Assembly (NCBI RefSeq): GCF_001194135.2
Contig: NC_068988.1
Location: forward strand, 46,265,421 to 46,329,420
Direction: 5' to 3'
Source: Octopus bimaculoides
Taxonomy: Eukaryota
Length of the DNA stretch: 64,000 nt
Part shown: positions 43,380 to 54,165 of the stretch, piece by piece
Layout of the letters: every line of letters begins with the position of its first letter
How positions within the stretch are numbered: the first letter of the stretch is position 1
Program-made: the position numbers and the translations under genes
Notes under the pieces: model-generated
The model's input: only the letters and a program-made list of their open reading frames with translations
What the model was told of the DNA's origin: nothing
The model's database searches: none

Positions 43380-44370
43380 ATGAACGTATGTTTGTGCCCT
43401 TTGCAATTTGCTACAAGTTGAAGTGATATGTCTGTGTGAAATTCTATATTAAAATGGAGAAAAATGTTTACGGAATTTTTTTTAATATTTCAACTGGGAT
43501 ATAGGGAGAATTTGTTGATCTAGTTACACTGTTCGAAGTTGTACCAGTATTTCATATCGGAAAGGTCACAAATCTAGACGACATTCCATAAAACGCATGA
43601 CAATCACTTTGTGCAGTTGTGAACTGTGGTCCATGAAAAGAGCTTCCTGGGCGTCTGTAAAATTTCCGAAAATCTAAAAGTTCGTGCGGCATGATTTTAA
43701 AACAAAAATTAAGGTTGTCTCATGTAGTCACAAAATTTGTGCCACATCTGCTGACTGATGAACAACCCACTGACGCAATTAGTCGGAAATTGTTTGGTCG
43801 TTCAAATGGTGATGTAAACTCCTAAAAGTCGCTTAAATATAAAGTTGATGATGATTGTCTTTTTTGTTTGGAATTGTGGTGTTCCTTATGTGTTTGTTCT
43901 TCGGGTTTAGATGGTCAAGAGGAGCTTTATTTAGATGTGCTGAGGCGTTTGAGAGAAGCATTACGAAAGAAGAGGCTTGAAATATAGAGAAACAAAACTT
44001 GTATGTTACACCATCACCACAAACCTACTCATGAGTCATTATCTACTTGTAACTCAGTGATAAATCACATGATGTCATTTTCATCACTGCCATTTTACAC
44101 TCTCTGTGTTTGACCCCTACAAATTTTGTTTTGTTCGCCATGTTGCAAAAAATATCTTGAAAGGTTATTGAATTTAGCTGGTAAAAGAGAACAAGAAAGT
44201 GACTACGAAAATTATGCACCCCAGAATGCATTGTCATACTGTAAAAGCATTGAGAGTGGTTTAAAAATAGTAAAGAAAACTATTTTGGAGAAGGCTACTC
44301 AAAGTTAATTGTAAGTAAAGATTTAAAAAATTAAGTTTGATTTCTATTTTGAAGGACATCACACATATAT
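43380..44370 (+). mobile_element. Mariner transposase remnant
   Basis: KFVPHLLTDEQ; YLDVLRRLREALRKKR...LHHHHKPTHES (corresponding to LHHDNAPAH). Confidence 0.75.
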
Positions 44371-44989
44371 TTATTCATTCAGGTACACACATAAACATTC
44401 ATTCATACACTCACACTCGTATATACATACACACACACATATAAATATAAAAAACGAAAGTAAAAACTTGGTGGAGGCGCTTTCTGCTGAGTTTTTGTTT
44501 TCTAAACTTCGCTCGCAAGGGTATGGTAGAAGACTCTTGCTCGCAGTTCAAAATAGTGCGATTTTCTGCCAAACCACTTGACTGCTATGCAAAATTCTTA
44601 AATGCTCATCTAAAGTGGGCCTCTTGAAAGAAGGAACTGTTTATCTTAACCAGTAACAAAAAAAATTTTTCTTTAATATCAGCAACCAAAATATACATCC
44701 AAAATCTAATAGTCAAACAAACCTTCATTTCTTTCTTGTTAGTTCTCTTTCTAATATACTCTTCTTTCTCTCACTCGCTCATTCATTCACTCACTCAATC
44801 AATGAATCACACACGCACACTCTCTCTTTCTCTCTCTCCCCTATATCGTAAAAAATCCACTATCCACCACACTTTATGTAGCATGTCAAGAATACATACA
44901 CAAACACATACACACGCACACAATACCATAATCAGTTGATCAAAGGTTAACTCATATCAAACTACTTTTCCAAATATATTTGAGCATAA

Positions 44990-45480
44990 GTATACTTGAA
45001 TAAGTACACATATTTATCCAACTGCAAAACGAAGTTGTCCATAGTTAGAGGGGCATTTATAGAGATGACAGCCTACGAGATCATTATGATCGTAATCCCC
45101 AGTGAGCAAAGAAAATTTGATAAAATTTACACTATAGATTTTAAAACCCACGAATTTAAGATTACTACAAATGCAGACATCACAGTTATTAATTTTCTGG
45201 ATGCGTGCTTAAATCTGAATAACTCTCTTTATTACCCAAAAGGCAAACCAAATGGAAACTTTAATTGCTTTCTCAGACAATTCATTTCCCCTAAAAATAT
45301 ATGCAGCATAAGTAAATAATTTCACACAGTCTCTTAAAATGTTTAGCCGATGAACAAATAAATTCCTGTGTTTTACGATGATGCTCTGTCCAAATGTAGA
45401 TTGAAAGAAAACAGTACCATTAGGTAGAAACTACTCAATCCATAACAAATGAAAATAGGAAACAGAATATTATTTGGTAC
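44990..45480 (+). mobile_element. PLE reverse transcriptase remnant
   Basis: FKITTNADITVINFLDACLNLNNSLYYPKGKPN resembles the PLE RT ..V.FLDV.L.L...Y.PY.KPN block. Confidence 0.65.
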
Positions 45481-45629
45481 ACCCAAGATTAATATTGCCA
45501 TTAGATAGTATGTGATTCGTTTACGATAGTTCTATCCATTCTATAATTAGTATAGAATTTTAAAAAAATGCAGTCACACGCTCTACACTAACAAACTGTG
45601 TTCACACATTTGCTTGGCTGTGTGGTTTG

Positions 45630-45998
45630 TGTTGGCATTCTGTCGCTTACGACGTCGAGGGTTCCAGTTGATCCGATCAACGGAACAGCCTGCTTGTGAA
45701 ATTAACGTGCAGGTGGCTGAGCACTCCACAGACACGTGTACCCTTAACGTAGTTCTCGGCAGTTATTCAGCGTGACATAGTGTGACAAGGCTGGCCCTTT
45801 GAATTACAGGCACAACAGAAACAGGAAGTAAGAGCGAGAGAAAATTGTGGTGAAAGAGTACAGCAGGGTTCGCCACCATCCCCTGCCGGAGCCTCGTGGA
45901 GCTTTAGGTGTTTTCGCTCAACAAACACTCACAACGCCCGGTCTAGGTATCGAAACCGCGAGTCCGCTGCCCTAACCATTGGGCCATTGCGCCTCTAC
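45630..45998 (-). mobile_element. SINE family C, full length
   Basis: Minus-strand head ggcgcaaTGGCCCAATGGttagggcagc...GGTTTCGATACC (A and B boxes), body, and tail ending cgtaagcgacagaatgccaac. Confidence 0.85.
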
Positions 45999-46607
45999 GG
46001 CTGTGTGGTAAGAAGCCTGCTTCCCAACCACATGGTTCTGGGTTCAGTACCACTGAGAGGAACTTTGGATAAATGCCTTTTACTATAACTGCGGGCCGAC
46101 CAAAGCCTTGTGAGTGGATTTGATAGTCAGAAAGTGGAAGACGTTTGTCGTATAAATATGTATGTGTGTGCGTTTGTGCTGGTGTTAGTCTCCCATCACC
46201 GCTTTACAACCGGCGTTGGTGTGTTTATGTCACTGTAACTTAGTGCCTCGGCAAAAGACCGATCGAATAAGTACTAGGCTTACAAATAATACGACCTGGG
46301 GTCGATTTGTTTGACTAACACCCTTCAATGCCGACCAAAGACTTGTGAGTGGATTTGATAGATGGAAATTGAAAGAAGCTCGTCGTATATACATGTATAT
46401 ATACGTTTGTGTGTCTGTGTCTCCCCACCACCATTGCTTGACAACCGATGTTGGTGTGTTTACGTTTCTGTAACTTGGCAATTTGGCAAAAGAGACCGAT
46501 AGAATAAGTACTAGGCTTGCAAAGAATAAGTCCTGGGGTCTCTTTGTTCGACTAAAGGTGGTGCTCCAGCATGGCGACAGTCAAATTTCTGAAACAAATA
46601 AAAGAAT

Positions 46608-46610
<3 letters not shown>
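45999..46610 (+). mobile_element. Two tandem/nested family A SINE copies
   Basis: Head at about 46000; the body segment acaaccg..gttggtgtgttta...gaataagtactaggctt occurs twice. Confidence 0.8.
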
Positions 46611-46650
<40 letters not shown>

Positions 46651-46759
46651 NNNNNNNNNNNNNNNNNNNNNNNNNNNNNNNNNNNNNNNNNNNNNNNNNN
46701 NNNNNNNNNNNNNNNNNNNNNNNNNNNNNNNNNNNNNNNNNNNNNNNNNNNNNNNNNNN
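46651..46759. other. Assembly gap
   Basis: Run of N. Confidence 0.99.
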
Positions 46760-46873
46760 ACACATACATGACTTCAAATCTCTTTCAACTTCACTAGACT
46801 ACACATGGCTATATTCAGAAGCACTCTTTCGCACCTCGGGTGAGCGTCTATTATAACCTTAATCTATCCAATT

Positions 46874-47113
46874 ACAGCCTACAATATCTTAATGATCGTA
46901 ATCCCCAGTGATCAAAGAAAATTTGATAAAACTTACGCCATAGATTGTAAAACCCACGAATTTAAGATTACTACAAATGCAGACATCACAGTTATTAATT
47001 TTCTAGATACGTGCTAAAATCTGAGTAACTCTTTATTACCCAAAAGGCAAACCAAATGGAAACTTTAATTGCTTTCTCAGACAATCCATTTCCCCTTAAA
47101 ATATATGCAGCAT
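46874..47113 (+). repeat. Direct duplicate of the PLE RT fragment at 45068-45309
   Basis: Long identical stretches, e.g. aaaacccacgaatttaagattactacaaatgcagacatcacagttattaattttct. Confidence 0.9.
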
Positions 47114-47389
47114 GTATGAATTTTGTTTACAGAAACTGTGTGTAAACCTATGTGTACTCACACAAACACATACACGTATATGTTTGTGCATGTTTCCTGT
47201 TCGTCCCCTACTGCTTGACAACCAGTGTTGGTTGTTTACACCTTTATAACTTAGTGATTTGGCAAAACAGACTGATAGGAAAAATACCACAAGGTACTAG
47301 AGTTGATTTCTTTGACTAAACCCTTTAAAGTGGTGCTTCAGCATGGTCGTAATCCAGTGATTGAAACAAATGAAAAGATGCTTCGAGCA

Positions 47390-47850
47390 TACACACCAGT
47401 AATATTGTAATCACCGTCTCAGGTGGGATATGATCAACATGCATAAGTATACGCATGGCCTGCACCTGACCAACCGCCCCCAATTCAACTACTTCCAAGG
47501 TAAAAATACGAGAGGACACAGCCTGAAATTAGAAAGATCACACTGCAGGCTCAACATTAGAAGCTGCTTTTTCGTACAGCGTGTGATCGCCATCTGGAAC
47601 AATCTGCCAAATAGTGTGGTCGCAGCTCCATCAGTCAATGCCTTCAAGAACAGGCTTGACTTACACTGGAGGGAGCTTCCTGCAAAATTTGACTCTGCCT
47701 GTTACTATTAGCTACAACTGTCGAAGTGTTGCACCACACATGACAAATTAATTGTACAAGTGGAAAAGGACCTGTTAACAAGCTCCACGGAGCTTCAACA
47801 CGGAAACCATTCTGTATTCAGTATCCAGTAATGTATCATTCATTGTAAAT
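47390..47850 (+). mobile_element. CR1-clade LINE 3' end
   Basis: ORF 47430-47711 NTRGHSLKL...RLNIRSCFFVQRVIAIWNNLP..VVAAPSVNAFKNRLD is a typical CR1 ORF2 C-terminus. Confidence 0.88.
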
Positions 47851-47954
47851 AATTTAGCCTTTCATCCTTCTCTGCAACATTCTGAACTATTACTAAATCG
47901 TTTTTATAAATAACACGATTTCTGAAAAAATAGATCCGGATATTATATTTGTAA

Positions 47955-48340
47955 AAGCGGTGAGCTGGCAGAATCATTGAGACGCCGATTGAAATGCTTA
48001 TCGGTATTTCGTCTGAATTTGCGTTCTGAGTTCAAATTCTGCCGAGGTCAGCTTTGCCTTTCATCCTTACGGGGTCGATAAATTACGTACCAGTTGAGTA
48101 CTGGGAGTCAATCTAATCGACTGCCCCCCCCCCACTCCCCAAAACATTCGGGCCTTGTGCCTAGAGTAGAAAAGAATCGTTAGCACACTGGGCGAAAATC
48201 CTTAGTAAATGTCATTTATGTTCTGAGTTTAAATTTTGCCTTTTATACTTTGGGGATCGATAATATAAATACCAGTTGAACACATGATGTAATCGATTAG
48301 CTTCCTCCCACATAATTTAAGGCCTTGTAAGTATAGAAGG
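47955..48340 (+). mobile_element. Two tandem family N SINE copies
   Basis: gcggtgagctggcagaatc...gttctgagttcaaattctgccgaggtcagctttgcctttcatcc...taccagttga, then a second degenerate copy from about 48175. Confidence 0.8.
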
Positions 48341-48924
48341 AGGAAAAAAAACTATGACACTCCAATATAAGAACACTTCTACATATACATGCAGACACAC
48401 ACATATAGCCACTCCACACAGACTCTTTCATACCAGATATGCGAAAACTCATTGATGTAACAGTCACTAAAAAGAACATGTACATATGAAAAATCTATAT
48501 AAGTAAAGGTTTATGCTAAAGGATTTTGTTGGTGAATTTTGAAACTTAGAAATGTGCAACAACATATATAAATGTTCTCACCTACAAATAAATGTTCAGT
48601 TTCATGTAAAATTTGTTGAGTGTTTAATAATAAAAAGAACTTTATTTTCAAAAGGCTTGAGTATATTTTATAACACTTGTTAGAAAATTGACAAACGTTC
48701 TGTCATCAGCCTTAATTAATCCTAAACTCTCAATTACTCTCCCAAACGTTCATCACATTACAAGACAAGTTGGTTAAGCATACTTTTCTGGATTTCAATC
48801 TAGAATATTATGCTTAACCAACTTGTCTTCTAGAATAAGTAAATAATTTGTTTATTTTGTGCTATAATTTCTCGTTATTTATTATCTCTTTCTTTTTCTC
48901 CTAAGTTTCTCTTGACATGCTTAA

Positions 48925-48964
<40 letters not shown>

Positions 48965-49678
48965 NNNNNNNNNNNNNNNNNNNNNNNNNNNNNNNNNNNN
49001 NNNNNNNNNNNNNNNNNNNNNNNNNNNNNNNNNNNNNNNNNNNNNNNNNNNNNNNNNNNNNNNNNNNNNNNNNNNNNNNNNNNNNNNNNNNNNNNNNNNN
49101 NNNNNNNNNNNNNNNNNNNNNNNNNNNNNNNNNNNNNNNNNNNNNNNNNNNNNNNNNNNNNNNNNNNNNNNNNNNNNNNNNNNNNNNNNNNNNNNNNNNN
49201 NNNNNNNNNNNNNNNNNNNNNNNNNNNNNNNNNNNNNNNNNNNNNNNNNNNNNNNNNNNNNNNNNNNNNNNNNNNNNNNNNNNNNNNNNNNNNNNNNNNN
49301 NNNNNNNNNNNNNNNNNNNNNNNNNNNNNNNNNNNNNNNNNNNNNNNNNNNNNNNNNNNNNNNNNNNNNNNNNNNNNNNNNNNNNNNNNNNNNNNNNNNN
49401 NNNNNNNNNNNNNNNNNNNNNNNNNNNNNNNNNNNNNNNNNNNNNNNNNNNNNNNNNNNNNNNNNNNNNNNNNNNNNNNNNNNNNNNNNNNNNNNNNNNN
49501 NNNNNNNNNNNNNNNNNNNNNNNNNNNNNNNNNNNNNNNNNNNNNNNNNNNNNNNNNNNNNNNNNNNNNNNNNNNNNNNNNNNNNNNNNNNNNNNNNNNN
49601 NNNNNNNNNNNNNNNNNNNNNNNNNNNNNNNNNNNNNNNNNNNNNNNNNNNNNNNNNNNNNNNNNNNNNNNNNNNNNN
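48965..49678. other. Assembly gap flanked by (AT)n
   Basis: Run of N. Confidence 0.99.
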
Positions 49679-49801
49679 ATATATATATATATATATATAA
49701 ATATATATGGGAGAATGTACGAAAAAAAACAACAACAGACGAGGACAGGTGGTGTAAACAACAAAAGGATGTATTAGTTTGACGCTCGGGAATACAGAAA
49801 G

Positions 49802-49838
49802 TCTTTAACGTTTCTAGCTACGCTCTTCAACAGAAAGA
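49802..49838 (-). ncRNA. Hammerhead-like motif with core substitution (CTGTTGA)
   Basis: TCTTT-CTGTTGA-A-GAGC-GTA-GCTA-GAAAC-GTT-AAAGA: perfect stem I and ACGT palindrome, but A6U in the core and a stem II mismatch. Confidence 0.35.
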
Positions 49839-49899
49839 ATACGGAGAAAACAAGGAGAAAGAAAAATTGAATGGCGTACAGAGTACAAAGAGACAGTAG

Positions 49900-51559
49900 G
49901 TGAAGGAAATTAAAGGAAAATATAAAGATGATAAAGGTAATAAAGGAGGTTTACAAAAGTGGAAAAGTTCAAAAGTTTTTTAGACGTCGTGGTATATTGA
50001 GGCGATTTCCAATCAGAAGATGAATTATGAAAAGAGGATATAATGAGGCGGAATGCTCACTCGACCCCCGACGTTGAGTGGTTACATTGATACCGTTTTG
50101 TCGTTCAATGCTTTAAATCTAGCAGTTCAATTCCATAGTCCTCTTTCAGTTTAGTATAATTAGTCCTTTTCGGCAACTTGTCTCTATCGCCGATGACTTT
50201 TCACTAATCAATGCCTTTGTCATTCTTTTTTACTATTTCCCATTGTTCTTTGTTTACCAAATAACACAGCGCAGTCTCACCATCATCATCCACGAATTCT
50301 ACTTCCACCATATCCTTCCAATCGTTCAACCTTTTAAACATGTCATCTACCGCGTTCTCATACAGAACGCAAGCAAAACAAACAGGGCTAGGGGGAAATC
50401 TTATTTTCATCGTGTGTGTTTGTATTTTTTTTTTTCAGTTTTCTTGTTGGAGGGGATTGGGTAGGTTTAGTGTCTGTATGGGGAGGGGGAGGTGAAAAGG
50501 GCTCTGGGTGGATTGGGGTTCACAATTACTTACTTTCTTCCTTTTTCTTTTTTCCTCCTCACGGCCGTTTCCCATTCCTTATCTTCTGCAGTTTCTTTTT
50601 CCACTTCTCGTCTCCTCTCTTGTGGTGGTGGCTGTCGCTCCTCTACCATTTTGGGTGGTGTAGGGCAGTTCGCTCTTATGTGTCCCTTCAGGCCACATTT
50701 GAAGCAACGTGGAACTCTTCCTTCCACCCTAACAGTCATAGTTATTTCATCCATGGTTATAGACTCTAATCTTTTCTATCGTTTCTTTTAACCCTTGGAT
50801 TATCATCTCCAGTTGCTGACCTGTCCAGTTAATACGGTCTTTTTTCTTGGCCTGGAGCACTACTATGTTGTCCTCATTACCACAGAGGACCGCATCTGCC
50901 ACCCAGGACACATCAATCTCCGGTGGGATTCCTTCCACAGTGATCCTTGTCGCTCTTCTGCCTCTATACGTGGGCAACAGTATCACTTCTTCACTTCGAA
51001 TTGTTGAAGCTGCATGTCTCCTTGCTGCTGCTGCATTCCGGAACCTTACTTCTGTTCCAAAAGTGGAACCTCTAGCCAGGTATGTTATATCATCCCAAAT
51101 CTGCCTCAACGCCTTTTCTATCTTCTCTGTCGGGACGACGCCAGTTTTTCCTTTATTTATCGAATAGGTTCGATAGTTTATTGTTTTCTGCCTTATTCCG
51201 TCTTTTACTTCTTGCGGGGGCTTCAGCTTCAATTCGAAACCGTCTCGTGTCATTTCCCTTTTATGCTTTCCTAGTTCGCCGATATTCAGTTCCGTCTCCT
51301 TACACCTTGCTGCATCAGCAAAATTCCTGTTCTCTGTTGTCAGCATTTGGTCCATTGATTTCACAGCCTCACGCAACTCTGCGGACGAAGACATGTTTGA
51401 ATAACTCTTCAGACATTCCTTAACCGGCTGTCTCTTCTCTTACGAGAAGAGAAGGCACAACCAAAACACGTAAATACTCAAACCGCTGCTACACAGCTCA
51501 AAATATTATTCTTCAAAATTCCCCAGCACAAAATTAAGACAATCCACGTCAAGACATGC
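49900..51559 (-). mobile_element. ORF1/gag-only retroelement-like unit B (RRM-like region + CCHC knuckle), frameshifted
   Basis: ORFs 50747-51394, 50530-50754 (CFKCGLKGHIRANC at 50665-50706) and 50204-50410; no endonuclease or RT downstream; 3' boundary approximate. Confidence 0.75.
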
Positions 51560-53264
51560 GATTTCTTTATTAGGCAAAAAGCCCCAAACACAGATGGGGA
51601 CACCACAAGGACAGACAAGATCACAGTGGGGACAAAAAACAAAACGAATGTAAATGAAATGAAAGTTATATAAAAATGAGAAAATGAAATGAACGCACGG
51701 GCCCCACTCCCATGCATTACCATTTGAACTGTTATATGTACATTTTACAATTGTTCTTTTCTTTTAAATTCCATACTTTTTTCTTGTCTTTAGTTCATTA
51801 GGTGTCCAATTTCTCTTAACTCCACCACTGGTGGTAACTCTTTAAATTCCGCCTTTACTCCTGGCGGGTCAACGTTATCTCCACACATCTCTTTCAATCT
51901 TCTATTGTTTTCCTCTTCAATCAATATTGCCTTCATATCCTCCGCGTAGATGTATGAAGGCACCTTTACTCTTACTAGTGAATGTAACTTGCTTATTTTT
52001 TTCTCTGTATCAACATTTTTGGGGTACGTTACATAATACCATACTCCTTCTCCTCCTCGTATCTTCTTTCCTTTCTCTTGGACTTTTGGTTCTCTCTTTT
52101 CCTCCTCCATAAATAGTCTCTCCATTTCCCCTTCATACAGTTGGGCTTCCAACACTTTCTCCACTGGTAACTCCACTTTCTTTTTACATTCTTTTTCCTT
52201 CCTACTGCCCTCCTTCACAGTTTCTTTTCTCACCTCTTCTCTCTTCTTTTTCCGCTTCTCTGGCGGAGAACTCATTCCTCCGCTCCTCCTTTTTTTAAAC
52301 CATATTGAATCCCTTCGCTTCTTTTTCTGTTACTTTGCCCTGCACTACCTAGTCCACACTCTGTCTCTCCACTTGTTCTGTTTGTAGCTTCCTTTAGGTG
52401 CACCATGCCTTCATATGGCCCCTTTCTCCACATGTGAAACACACTGGTGGCCTACCCCCCCCACCACAATCCGCAGTCGGGTGTCATCGGGAAGCACCAA
52501 CTCTTCCGCAATATTATATAGGTCCGGTAGGGTAATATGGGTTAGAATTTCTACCCCAAAACCCCACCATTTGATTTCTTTGGACCTTTCCACCTTGATT
52601 ATTTCCACCTCGTCTGTACATTTGTAAATCACCGCTGCTACCAACCATTTCATGTCCATTTCCAGCGGTACTCCACCAATTCTCACTCTAGCCGCCCTTC
52701 TACCGCAATATACTGGTAAAAAGGCCCACTCTTCCGTTCTCAAAGGCGTGGTAGAGTACTTCTTTGCTCCTTCTTCAGTCTCGAAATAGACCTTTACTGT
52801 TCTGTATTTCCTTCCTCTCATGAATAGTACCACTTCCTCCGTAATTTCGTTCAAACAATTTTCAATTACTCCGGTCTCCGCAATTTCAATTTTCTTGGAT
52901 TTAATATTTAACGTTTTATATATTATAATTTTTTCTCCGCTTCCTCCATTATTACTTTGGGTTGATTAACCCGCAGACAGTCTCCTTCCTTCTTCAAATA
53001 CTTAAAGTGCTTCTTCAAGTTTTCCATTTTAACGTTAACTTCTCTCATTCTCATGTCGCTGGATGGCCGGCCGCTGCCAGCTGCAGCTGCGTAGCTGGTG
53101 GTCATTTTAAACAACTACAGCAATGACTTCCAACAACAGAATAATTCAATAAAACGGTAACAAAATAACAGTAAAAATTCTTCAACAGTTTCATACAATG
53201 TATTTAACAACTACTCACGTTCTCCTTCAAATTTTCACAACACGACACAAATGTCAAGACATGC
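51560..53264 (-). mobile_element. ORF1/gag-only retroelement-like unit A, one stop and one frameshift before the knuckle
   Basis: ORFs 52923-53114 (SYAAAA) and 52411-52854. A frameshift in a G-run restores RPPVCFTCGERGHMKAWC (52400-52441). K/E-rich ORF 51790-52275; AATAAAGAAATC tail at about 51560-51572. Confidence 0.78.
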
Positions 53265-53799
53265 AGAAGGGGGGAAAAAGTGAGTTTAATACAGAGCAAA
53301 TATATATATATAAACAAAATGGACCAGCCTATGTAAATAATGGGAGGATTTAAAAAAAAAAAAAAAGTGCCATTTTAGAATAGCCAAACAGGCTGCAGTA
53401 TCAAAACCAATCTACGAGGTTTCAATTCACCCTAACGTAAACTATTACACTTGTTATTATTTATTACTTTTAAATTTATTTTTATCTCTATACAGTTTCA
53501 AGAAAGTGGAGGAAAACTTATGGTTGCAGAAGGGGACTACCTCAGTGAACTTATTCAGGGTTTTTGGTCCAAAAGACCTGAGAATCGCAAGGGGTTCCCT
53601 AATACATAAAGAACATTTGCTAATATTTGCCTTAAAGTATGGGGCCCTCGCTATAATAGACCATTCAAGAGATTACATTATATTCTTCTTCTTGATGTCA
53701 TGTAGATAAGAGGCGAGTGTGGTAGAGTTACTGTATTTTTCCATAGAAAACGAAATCATATGCGCTCTATATCTAACCTTAAAATTCTTCGTGCTTCCT

Positions 53800-53960
53800 A
53801 TCATCATCATCATCATTGTTTAACATCCGCTTTCCATGCTAGCATGGGTTGGACGATTTGACTGAGGACTGGTGAAACCGGATGGCAACACCAGGCTCCA
53901 GTCTGATTTGGCAGAGTTTCTACAGCTGGATGCCCTTCCTAACGCCAACCACTCAGAGAT
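53800..53960 (-). mobile_element. Family R tail repeat, young copy
   Basis: Three substitutions versus 8721-8873. Confidence 0.85.
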
Positions 53961-53964
53961 ATAG

Positions 53965-54004
<40 letters not shown>

Positions 54005-54165
54005 CGACAGGCTTCTGTCAGTTTCCGTCTACCAAATCCACTCACAAGGCTTTGGTCGGCCCGAGGCTATAGTAGAAGACACTTGCCCAAGGTGCCACGC
54101 AGTGGGACTGAACCCGGAACCATGTGGTTGGTAAGCAAGCTACTTACCACACAGCCACTCCTGCA
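54005..54165 (-). mobile_element. SINE family A 5' part, young copy
   Basis: Minus strand reads ggagtggctgtgtggtaagtagcttgcttaccaaccacatggttccgggttcagtcccactgcgtggcaccttgggcaagtgtcttc. Confidence 0.9.

Noticed and set aside
51548-51559. aagacatgc as a p53-type site
   Set aside because: It does not fit RRRCWWGYYY and there is no second half-site.
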